This document shows positions 10,226 to 18,308 of a stretch of 32,454 bases of DNA, in pieces. Under the pieces are notes generated by a model, which ran no database searches, had not been told where the DNA came from, and saw nothing but the letters and a program-made list of their open reading frames with translations. Within the stretch, counting starts at the first letter, position 1. Each line of letters opens with the position of its first letter. The stretch comes from Spirochaetota bacterium. Its GTDB lineage: Bacteria > Spirochaetota > B62-G9. The position numbers and the translations under genes were made by a program. The stretch is from positions 1 through 32,454 of the forward strand of contig QNBN01000003.1 of assembly GCA_003645695.1 (NCBI GenBank). Reading direction: 5' to 3'.

Positions 10226-10942
10226 TTAATATACCTCTGTGATCTTAAGATTGTCAATGCTTACAGAAACGCTGTTTGTTCTGAAGCTGAAATAATCACC
10301 AGATCTTATTGGAGCCCCAAGGTCAAATGAAAAATAATACTTATCAGGATTTGCAGGGTCATAAAATTTTCCTTTCCCTGTTTTGGTATCAATCAGGATT
10401 TTTACGGGTATCGTATAATTTAAATAATCCGGGTTTAGATATTCATCTCTTATAGGATACATATCACCAGCTACGAGTGGACTTGGATTGGGGAATAATC
10501 CGGGGAATAGAACCATATCGGTTGAGCTGTCGCTCTTATAAACCTGAACAAATAATCCTGGATAACCGTAATGTTTCGGATCCCAGGTAATCCATCCCAA
10601 AACAGACTTTCCGTTACCCCAACTTCTCTTTTTGCTCGGATTATTTACACAGATATGAATGCCAAAACCTGCATAGTCATCCTCAGCCCCTTTAACATAC
10701 TTAAAATCAAATTGATAGAGAATTTTCCCAGATTGGTGAACCGGAATTGTAATCATCGCCATTTTTTCATTGACATCAGTCTGGACAAGCCTTCCGTTAA
10801 TTATCTGCCAGTTTCCACTAACCTTCATCCAACCAGGTAGAGAGGGGTTATCGAAGGTATCATACACCTGTACTGAATCAGCAAATATTACTACCGGAAC
10901 TACCAAAAATAACAATGAAATGATAACAGATAATAGTTTCAT
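10226..10942 (-). CDS. Secreted hypothetical protein, probable concanavalin-like beta-sandwich
   Basis: GGAGG RBS, signal peptide, DTFD...W...SGNWQIINGRLVQ start and SIDNLKITE end, as in ConA/DUF1080-like domains. Confidence 0.6.
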   Translation of the reverse strand: MKLLSVIISLLFLVVPVVIFADSVQVYDTFDNPSLPGWMKVSGNWQIINGRLVQTDVNEKMAMITIPVHQSGKILYQFDFKYVKGAEDDYAGFGIHICVNNPSKKRSWGNGKSVLGWITWDPKHYGYPGLFVQVYKSDSSTDMVLFPGLFPNPSPLVAGDMYPIRDEYLNPDYLNYTIPVKILIDTKTGKGKFYDPANPDKYYFSFDLGAPIRSGDYFSFRTNSVSVSIDNLKITEVY

Positions 10943-10982
10943 TTTGAAACCTCCTTTGTTGTATTGATTTGCTTATATTACC

Positions 10983-11011
10983 ATTATGCAGAGTTGAGGT
11001 CACCATGTCAA
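10983..11011 (-). promoter_or_regulatory. Sigma70-like promoter
   Basis: Minus strand TTGACA-N17-CATAAT, 40 nt upstream of the 10942 start. Confidence 0.55.
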
Positions 11012-11053
11012 GAGTTTTAATGTTTGTAATAAAAGAAATAAGAGGTATTTTAA

Positions 11054-11785
11054 CTAAAATACGGTAAGAAGTATTCCACTTGCCAGTAAAATTATACCAA
11101 CAATTATTCGGAAAAAAACTTCTGAGAACTTAAGGTAAACCAGCCTTCCTGTAATCATACCGACAAAAGCAGCCGGCAGCAAAATAGCACATATCTTTAA
11201 TTGTTCTTTCCCAATCATACCAGCATAAAGATATGGAACGATCCGAATTATATCTACCATATAGAAATAAAAAGTTAGAGTTGCCCTGAGATTGATCTTT
11301 GACTCCATCTGGTTTTCAAGTAAGATTGTCACGGGTGGGCCAGCAGTGCCATATAAACCACCCAGTAAACCAGCCAGTGCTCCTGCAATATATGTAATTG
11401 ATTGAGGCCATCTTTTTCTGCTGTGACCAAAACTTTTTATATTTATGATGAATATCCTTACTGCAAAAAATACAACAAAAACTCCGAAAATTCTCTTTAA
11501 AAGATCTGCTTTTATATTAATTAGAAAAAATGCACCTACAACAATTCCGATTACACTTATAGGCAATAGTGATTTTATGTATCTCCTGTCAACATCTTTA
11601 AATACCTCTACTGTGAAATATGCGGTACTTATAATTTCCAGAATAGCGACAACCGATACAACAGTTCTCAGGTCATAGAAGAAAAGCAATAGCGGAGTTA
11701 TTACAAGAGCAGAACCAAATCCACTTATTCCCCTTATAAAAAACCCAACAACTGGTATTAAAGAAGGAATGACATATTTGTACAT
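11054..11785 (-). CDS. Sulfite exporter TauE/SafE family membrane protein
   Basis: GISGFGSALV and GLLGGLYGTAGPP motifs, about 8 TM helices. Confidence 0.88.
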   Translation of the reverse strand: MYKYVIPSLIPVVGFFIRGISGFGSALVITPLLLFFYDLRTVVSVVAILEIISTAYFTVEVFKDVDRRYIKSLLPISVIGIVVGAFFLINIKADLLKRIFGVFVVFFAVRIFIINIKSFGHSRKRWPQSITYIAGALAGLLGGLYGTAGPPVTILLENQMESKINLRATLTFYFYMVDIIRIVPYLYAGMIGKEQLKICAILLPAAFVGMITGRLVYLKFSEVFFRIIVGIILLASGILLTVF

Positions 11786-12330
11786 TAAAGGCCTAATTCC
11801 TGTGCTATTGCTTTCATAGCCTCAAGAACATTTTTAATATGTTCTTCCAGTGATACATTAAGCTCATCAGCCCCTTTAACAATATCCTTTCTATTTACAG
11901 CAGCAGCAAAAGCCTTATCCTTCATCTTTTTTTTAACAGATTTTACTGCAACATCCTCTATCTTCTTTGATGGTCTAACTAAAGCTACTGCTACAATAAA
12001 TCCCGTAAGTTCATCAACGGCAAATAATGTTTTTGCAAGAAGGGTTTTTCTTTCTACTCCCGTATAATCCGCATGGCCAAGAATAGCCTCGAGCCATTCT
12101 TCAGGAAGACCCTTCTCTTTTAGTATCTCTACTCCCTTATAAGGATGATTATCCGGAAATTTTTCATAATCAAAATCATGAAGCAAACCAACAATCCCCC
12201 ATTCTTCCGGGTCCTCACCAAAAATTTCAGCATACCTTCTCATCGCCGCTTCTACCGCTAGGGCATGCTTTATAAGGTTCTCTTTTTTTGTATACTCTGT
12301 CAAAAGTGCAAAAGCTTCGTCTCTTGTCAT
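11785..12330 (-). CDS. HD-domain phosphohydrolase
   Basis: KHALAVE, GLLHDFDYE, ILGH, AVDELTG, KDKAFAAAVNR. Confidence 0.88.
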   Translation of the reverse strand: MTRDEAFALLTEYTKKENLIKHALAVEAAMRRYAEIFGEDPEEWGIVGLLHDFDYEKFPDNHPYKGVEILKEKGLPEEWLEAILGHADYTGVERKTLLAKTLFAVDELTGFIVAVALVRPSKKIEDVAVKSVKKKMKDKAFAAAVNRKDIVKGADELNVSLEEHIKNVLEAMKAIAQELGL

Positions 12331-12352
12331 TGTAACCCCTCTAAACTATATT

Positions 12353-12730
12353 TTAATCTTCAAATATTACGCTTCCCACCACTATATCCTTTAGATGGGA
12401 CATACTTACCACTACATTTTTAACACCCAGTTTAACTGCATGTTTCTTTGACCAGTTGTAAAGTTTGAGGTATGGTTTTCCTGATTTTTCATGAAGGATC
12501 TCTATATCTTTAAAATACACTCCCATCCTATTACCCGTACCAAGGGCCTTCATAGTAGCTTCTTTAACCGCCCAGTAGGAAGCATAGACTTCATATTGAT
12601 TTTTTCTTCTGGAAACCAGCTCTATCTCCCTACTGGTATAGATCTTTTTAATAAACCTATTGCCAAACCTATCTATCGCTTTCTTTATTCTTTCAGTGCT
12701 CATTATATCAATACCAAATCCTACTATCAT
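12353..12730 (-). CDS. acpS: Holo-[acyl-carrier-protein] synthase
   Basis: GFGIDI, WAVKEATMKALGTG, SGKP, VSMSH. Confidence 0.93.
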   Translation of the reverse strand: MIVGFGIDIMSTERIKKAIDRFGNRFIKKIYTSREIELVSRRKNQYEVYASYWAVKEATMKALGTGNRMGVYFKDIEILHEKSGKPYLKLYNWSKKHAVKLGVKNVVVSMSHLKDIVVGSVIFED

Positions 12731-12826
12731 TTTCCTCTCTCACTAATAATCTATAATTAATTTTTATGTTTATCATCATCAAGCAAACATTTTTTCCAAT
12801 ATTGTTTTTAATAATTTTCTAAAATT

Positions 12827-13858
12827 CTAGCGCTGGATTCTACCCGATCCCGCACTTCTCATAAGATTAATAACTTCTTCAAGGTAAAGCAAAGGTAAAT
12901 CGCCAGGTATGGAATGCTTCAGGCATGAAGCAGCCGTTGCAAACTCAAGGGCTTCATTATCCCTTTTAAAATTATTCAATCCATATATTAAACCGGCAGC
13001 AAAAGCATCCCCAGCTCCAACCCTATCGATGATATCTCTAATATTATATCTTTTTGAGATAAAGAACTCTTTTCGATTATTTAAAACCGAAGACCAACCA
13101 CTGTAGTCCGCTGAGAAACTCTCTCTAATAGTTATTGCGATCTTTTTAATATTTCTATATTCATCTAATACTATATCAGTTAACTTTCTGTACCTATCCT
13201 TTTCTATTCTTTCACCTTCGATATCAATTCCATTAACATCAATACCCAGAGTCATCTGAACATCCTCTTCATTTGCAATCACATAATCTATTTTGCTAAC
13301 AATTTTACTCATCACTTCAACAGAAGAGACACCATAATCCCACAATTTTTTCCTGTAGTTTAAATCGCAGGATATTATCGCCCCTTTCTCCCTTGCTATA
13401 TCAATGGCCCTTATTGTTTCATCAGCCAGTTTTCTGGAAATTGCAGGGGTGATCCCGGAAATATGAAACCAGGTATCATTATCAAATATTTTCCCCCAAT
13501 CTATATCACCATTTTCAATGTTATAAAATGACGAATATTTCCTATCGTAAATAACCTTTGACGACCTTTGATTTGCTCCTGTCTCAAGGAAATATATTCC
13601 AATCCTCCCTTCCTTTCTTTTTATAAGTGAAATGTCAACACCATACCTTCTTAATTCACCAATTGCAGCATCACCAATATCGTTATCAGGCAAAATGGAA
13701 ACAAAATAGCTCTTTAAGCCAAATCTTGCAAGTCCAACAGCCACGTTCGCTTCACTACCGCCAAAGGTAGCCTCTAATGTTGGACTCTGAAAGAACTTTT
13801 CATGATCAGGAGGTCTTAAACGAAGCATCAATTCACCGAATGTTACAATTTTTTTCAT
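12827..13858 (-). CDS. kdgK: PfkB family sugar kinase, 2-keto-3-deoxygluconate kinase-like
   Basis: TFGELMLRL, GGSEANVA, CDLNYRKKLW, ANEED, DRVGAGDAFAAG, LKHSIPGD. Confidence 0.85.
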   Translation of the reverse strand: MKKIVTFGELMLRLRPPDHEKFFQSPTLEATFGGSEANVAVGLARFGLKSYFVSILPDNDIGDAAIGELRRYGVDISLIKRKEGRIGIYFLETGANQRSSKVIYDRKYSSFYNIENGDIDWGKIFDNDTWFHISGITPAISRKLADETIRAIDIAREKGAIISCDLNYRKKLWDYGVSSVEVMSKIVSKIDYVIANEEDVQMTLGIDVNGIDIEGERIEKDRYRKLTDIVLDEYRNIKKIAITIRESFSADYSGWSSVLNNRKEFFISKRYNIRDIIDRVGAGDAFAAGLIYGLNNFKRDNEALEFATAASCLKHSIPGDLPLLYLEEVINLMRSAGSGRIQR

Positions 13859-14144
13859 CCATTACCCCCAGGCCGATTTTCTAACATTCGATTTACCTTC
13901 ATAGGTCTAAATTTTTACTTAAGGTTTTATTCTTGATAACAAATTAGATAATTAATTCTTATAATCACTCTATGAAATGCATAGAAAAGAGAATTACAAA
14001 TAACTTCTTCTCTATTATATTTTCTACAATTTTTAGATATACATAAGCAGAAATTCCAATAAATACTATGGATTAATTCCCAATTTGCATTTCCTTCATT
14101 ATACATTATATTCAAACAAAGGTTTCAATAATTACAGGGGATCT

Positions 14145-14453
14145 ATGGACAATAGTAATAAAAAAAAATCTGACATTATCATTACAACAAAAAATATAAA
14201 TCAGATCCGAAAAAAAATTGATTCAATCGATCGTAAAATAATAATGCTTCTTTCAAAAAGATTTAAACTTGTTAAAAAGATAGGTCATTTTAAAAACTTA
14301 GCAGATTTACCTTTAGATAATGAACAGAGAGAGAATGAAATACTCGAAACGATAGGGAATATAATTGATAATCCAAATGTCGAGGACAAAATCAAAACTA
14401 TATACAAAATTATTTTTAAACTTTCTAAAGAAATTGAAAAAGAGGTGAAATAA
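14145..14453 (+). CDS. Chorismate mutase (AroQ type)
   Basis: IRKKIDSIDRKIIMLLSKR...IGHFK...RENEIL; start set at ATG 14145 after AGGGGA; 5 nt upstream of aroA. Confidence 0.8.
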   Translation: MDNSNKKKSDIIITTKNINQIRKKIDSIDRKIIMLLSKRFKLVKKIGHFKNLADLPLDNEQRENEILETIGNIIDNPNVEDKIKTIYKIIFKLSKEIEKEVK

Positions 14454-14458
14454 ATCGC

Positions 14459-15787
14459 ATGGATAAAATAATATATGGTGGCTCACCCATAAGAGGAATT
14501 GTATCCGTCCCCGGGGATAAATCTATATCACACAGAGCGTTAATATTTGGTGCTCTGTCATCGGGGCAAAGCAACTTCACCGGATTATCCACTGCAAAGG
14601 ATGTAGAAACTACAAAAAACATACTTAAAGAACTTGGCATACAGTTCAATAATAGTAATGATGAAGATGATAAAAAGAGTCTCACCATTGATGGTATTGG
14701 CATTGGTGGTTTTGAAAAGCTAAGAAAATCAAGTGATAAAGAGATATACAAACTTTACTGTGGTAACTCGGGTACAACCGCCAGGCTTATTATGGGGCTA
14801 CTCGGCGGGGCTGGAATTAAAGCAGAGATTACGGGAGACAACTCGCTCAGTCAGAGGCCAATGGATAGGGTCGTTGAACCATTAAAAAGGATAGGAGTAG
14901 AAATAGAATCAACCCAGGGGCATCTTCCAGTAAGGATAATTGGAGGTAAGGCAGTACCTTTTAACTATACCCTTCAGGTTGCAAGTGCCCAGGTTAAATC
15001 TGCCATGATCCTTGCTGCCCTGTTTATAAATGGGACATCAACAATAATTGAGCCCCAGGAGACACGGGATCATACTGAAAGAATGCTCCTACTAATGGAT
15101 GGAGATATAATGATCAAAAGGCTCCTGAATGGTAAGAACATAATTATTAATGGCAGAAAGGAGCTTACACCTTTAAGTTTTAAAATTCCAGGAGACATTT
15201 CTTCGGCAATTTTCTTTATTGCTGCAGCTCTCATAATACCTGGTTCGGAGATAACCATTGATCATGTGCTTTTAAATCCAACCAGAGCACATATATTAGA
15301 AGTCTTAAAACGTATGGGTGCAAAAATAGATATTGAGCAAACTGAAGAGTTTCCGGAACCTGTTGGAAATATAAAAGTTACATACTCCAGGTTAAATGGT
15401 ACCAGAATAAGCAGTTTGGAAATCCCATTAATTATAGATGAAATACCTGCTCTTGCTGCTATTGCTTTTTATGCACGTGGCGAGACTATTGTAACGGGAG
15501 CATCAGAATTAAGAGTAAAGGAGAGCGACCGTATAAAATCCATCACAACTATGATAAAATCCTTTGGTGGAAGTATAGAGGAAAAAGATGATGGTTTTAT
15601 CATAAAGGGCAGAAAAAGGGCGCATCCATCTCAGGTTGAGAGCTTCGGAGACCACCGGATTGCAATGGCTGGTTCAGTACTGGCTATGACTGTAAAAGGA
15701 AAAAACGTGATTAAAAACTCGGAGTGCGTTGAAATATCCTTTCCAGAGTTCTTTCAAATTCTCGAATCCCTAAAGACAGAAGCTTAA
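14459..15787 (+). CDS. aroA: EPSP synthase (class II-type motifs)
   Basis: PGDKSISHR, CGNSGTT, SAQVKSA, RDHTERM, NPTR, DEIP, KESDR, DHRIAM. Confidence 0.96.
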   Translation: MDKIIYGGSPIRGIVSVPGDKSISHRALIFGALSSGQSNFTGLSTAKDVETTKNILKELGIQFNNSNDEDDKKSLTIDGIGIGGFEKLRKSSDKEIYKLYCGNSGTTARLIMGLLGGAGIKAEITGDNSLSQRPMDRVVEPLKRIGVEIESTQGHLPVRIIGGKAVPFNYTLQVASAQVKSAMILAALFINGTSTIIEPQETRDHTERMLLLMDGDIMIKRLLNGKNIIINGRKELTPLSFKIPGDISSAIFFIAAALIIPGSEITIDHVLLNPTRAHILEVLKRMGAKIDIEQTEEFPEPVGNIKVTYSRLNGTRISSLEIPLIIDEIPALAAIAFYARGETIVTGASELRVKESDRIKSITTMIKSFGGSIEEKDDGFIIKGRKRAHPSQVESFGDHRIAMAGSVLAMTVKGKNVIKNSECVEISFPEFFQILESLKTEA

Positions 15788-15805
15788 AAAGCAGATTGAT
15801 AAAAA

Positions 15806-15956
15806 GAAGCCTATTTTAAAGTGCCTGCTCCAACCGAGCTAACAGTCTCACAGACCCAGTACACTTACCGTTGCTCCCTTCCGGGCCTGGCGGGGTTGGG
15901 TGCCTGAGCCTTGAGCTGCGCCCGATTATCATCACAGGCACTTTAAAATAGGCCTC
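15806..15956 (-). ncRNA. ffs: Signal recognition particle RNA (4.5S-type)
   Basis: Minus strand contains the helix-8 core AACCCCGCCAGGCCCGGAAGGGAGCAACGGUAAG; closed by a 19-bp perfect inverted repeat (15809-15827/15935-15953) and followed by U5; lies just downstream of tRNA-Ser. Confidence 0.9.
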
Positions 15957-15991
15957 AATTATTCACTAAACCGGCAAACTTACCAGATTTT

Positions 15992-16079
15992 CGGAGAGAG
16001 AGGGATTCGAACCCTCGGTACCCGGTTAGGGTACACACGCTTTCCAAGCGTGCTCCTTCGGCCTCTCGGACATCTCTCC
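15992..16079 (-). tRNA. tRNA-Ser(GGA)
   Basis: GGAGAGA acceptor stem, anticodon arm CACGC-TTGGAAA-GCGTG, long variable arm, GGTTCGAATCC T-loop; CCA not encoded. Confidence 0.96.
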
Positions 16080-16099
16080 TTATTTTTTCAGCAGTATGT

Positions 16100-16128
16100 A
16101 ATATATATTTAAGCAAAGTAAAAATCAA
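16100..16128 (-). promoter_or_regulatory. Sigma70-like promoter for tRNA-Ser/ffs
   Basis: Minus strand TTGATT-N17-TATATT, 20 nt before the tRNA 5' end. Confidence 0.5.
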
Positions 16129-16213
16129 TTCAAAATTAAGAGTCCAATACTTATCTTGATTCCTTTTAAGCGTAAAATTAATAATGATCCTATACTAGTG
16201 TGGTCTACAAACA

Positions 16214-17758
16214 CTATTTTCGAAGTGTTTTATTTTGTTTATCTATCGTATTTCTACCTTCCAAAGATTCTCTCCTAACAAGTCTGCCCTTCGCAATCTT
16301 GAAATAACTCTCTTTATTATCGAAGATTTTTACATCATAGTATTCTCCAGTTGAAAGAGAGCATCCTGGAGATATTATAAATATATTCACCTTCTTGTAC
16401 ATGGACTTGATACTATTAAATCGCCTCTTTTTCAAAACAAGGGTAACATCCCTTTTTGCAGGGATCTCAAACAGATAGTTGTAATCAATCTTTTTAAACT
16501 TAACGTCGTATATCCCATAATACGTATCGGGCTTATCAAACCCAACCTTTCTTCCCTCTCTGTCAACTACATAGGCAGTTTCTGTTTTCTCAATCATGAG
16601 GATATTAACATTTTTCTCAATAATATATTTCTCATATCTATCTATCAAAGATCGAAACTCATCTTTTTTTAGTATATACTTCGCTCTTGGCTCAATTCCA
16701 AATAGGATATCCGGATATCTGTATCTATTATAGGTCAGATCATGCCAAATAATCCGGTGAGTATTGCCTTTCATGGTTACCACAATATTTTCTGCATCTT
16801 CACTATAAATATTATTATTCTGATTACGTTCCCAGTTGTTTGCCGTTAAAAGAGTTGTTTTATTACGATAAAGATTCCTCCAATATCCATACACTACCAT
16901 CGAATGATGCATTTTTCTGCTTACATAACCAAGTATAATAGGCACATTACCTTTAATTGTACTTTCGATTAACCTTAACTGTCTTTTAAGATCTACATTA
17001 TTCTGTCTTTTATCAATCACTATTCTTTTATTAACAAAGTTGGTAAACACAATGTCATTTTGAACAAAATCCATATCCCTGATTATTCTTGGATCAATTT
17101 CTGGAATTTCAAAAGCATAATTGTACGGCCAGGGTAATAAATCGGGGTTTTTAATATACAATAATTCACCACCTGAAAAACCATAGCATCTTCCTATACT
17201 TCCTTTATAAAGAGAATACATAATATAGAGCAGAATCAGCCTTTCCCTGTTATTTAAATCTCCGAATCGATCCTTACCCCAATCGAGTATTGTTCTTGAA
17301 ACAAAACTTATCTTATCTTCAAACTCACCGTCGTTGGCAAAATTAAAATTGTTTTTCCCCCAGGTGAATTTTGTAAAAGCTAGTTCATACTTTCTTAGGT
17401 ATATGTTGTTTTCTGTATGAATAAATGCAGTAAAATGGTATAGTCCCGGTTTTCTAAATGGGACACCTCTAAAGACTACTACATTCTTAGGGTATCTTTT
17501 AGTTAGTTCCAGTTCGGCAAGGCCATCATCATCAAAATCAAAATCTATTTTTCTTACCACATCCTTTGGATCTTTTAAAACGAATTCCAACACAGGGGGT
17601 GTTCCACTGTGGCATTCAATACCAAGTTCAATGCTTTTGTTTATCTTGTCACTATCATTTGAGGATATTATTTCTGCCGTTAAGTACCCGATGGGAATGA
17701 ACAAACATATTAGAATTATTACTGCCGCCCTAAGGGATAAAACATATATCCAGCGCAT
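16214..17758 (-). CDS. Exported hypothetical protein with putative papain-like Cys/His/Asn site
   Basis: 514 aa, signal-like N-terminus, NFNFAN, GRCYGFS, HHSMVVYGY, LLTANNW. Confidence 0.6.
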   Translation of the reverse strand: MRWIYVLSLRAAVIILICLFIPIGYLTAEIISSNDSDKINKSIELGIECHSGTPPVLEFVLKDPKDVVRKIDFDFDDDGLAELELTKRYPKNVVVFRGVPFRKPGLYHFTAFIHTENNIYLRKYELAFTKFTWGKNNFNFANDGEFEDKISFVSRTILDWGKDRFGDLNNRERLILLYIMYSLYKGSIGRCYGFSGGELLYIKNPDLLPWPYNYAFEIPEIDPRIIRDMDFVQNDIVFTNFVNKRIVIDKRQNNVDLKRQLRLIESTIKGNVPIILGYVSRKMHHSMVVYGYWRNLYRNKTTLLTANNWERNQNNNIYSEDAENIVVTMKGNTHRIIWHDLTYNRYRYPDILFGIEPRAKYILKKDEFRSLIDRYEKYIIEKNVNILMIEKTETAYVVDREGRKVGFDKPDTYYGIYDVKFKKIDYNYLFEIPAKRDVTLVLKKRRFNSIKSMYKKVNIFIISPGCSLSTGEYYDVKIFDNKESYFKIAKGRLVRRESLEGRNTIDKQNKTLRK

Positions 17759-18177
17759 TATTCTGAGCTTTTGTCTTCTCCTTCTTCATTTTCTACTTCA
17801 GTACTCTGCTGCGCATCTTCTTTTTTTAATTTTTTCTTCTCTTCCCTCTTCCGTACAAACTTATCAAGCAGATCCAGGGCATATGACCTTCTAACAACTG
17901 ATAATTTCCCATCTTCATACAGCATAAAACCATAGACCTGCCTGAAGAGAGCTTTTTCACACACGGAATCATCATCCGCATAAAATGCTTCAACAACAAA
18001 TCCCGTACCGTAGGCGTTTTTATATGATGCTATCCATACGCTCCTACCTGTAATTTCGTCAATATACTTAGAAAGATGTTTCCCCCTTAAATACTCGGGC
18101 GTGTTGGAAATTTTGTTCCTTCTAACCATAACAATTATAAAACCAGCTACAATTATCGCAATAATTATTGGTACCAT
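17758..18177 (-). CDS. Hypothetical membrane-anchored protein
   Basis: AAGGTG RBS, N-terminal TM helix, acidic tail; stop overlaps the next start by 1 nt. Confidence 0.65.
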   Translation of the reverse strand: MVPIIIAIIVAGFIIVMVRRNKISNTPEYLRGKHLSKYIDEITGRSVWIASYKNAYGTGFVVEAFYADDDSVCEKALFRQVYGFMLYEDGKLSVVRRSYALDLLDKFVRKREEKKKLKKEDAQQSTEVENEEGEDKSSE

Positions 18178-18308
18178 ATTTTCACCTTAAATAATAGGAA
18201 TGTAGACTCTGTGTAATAATCGGCCTTCATTAAAAGTCAAGTAAATCTTTTAACTTAAAATAATAGGAAATTATACTTTTGGTAATAATAAAAAAACATG
18301 TTTTCCCA

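Noticed and set aside
13921-14070. GGTTTTATTC at 13923 as a possible further repeat end
   Set aside because: Only 10 bp match in very AT-rich DNA, no internal similarity and no convincing partner TIR.
15992-18177. Genomic island integrated at tRNA-Ser
   Set aside because: No integrase, no duplicated tRNA 3' end noticed, and the hypothetical genes lie on the tRNA 5' side.
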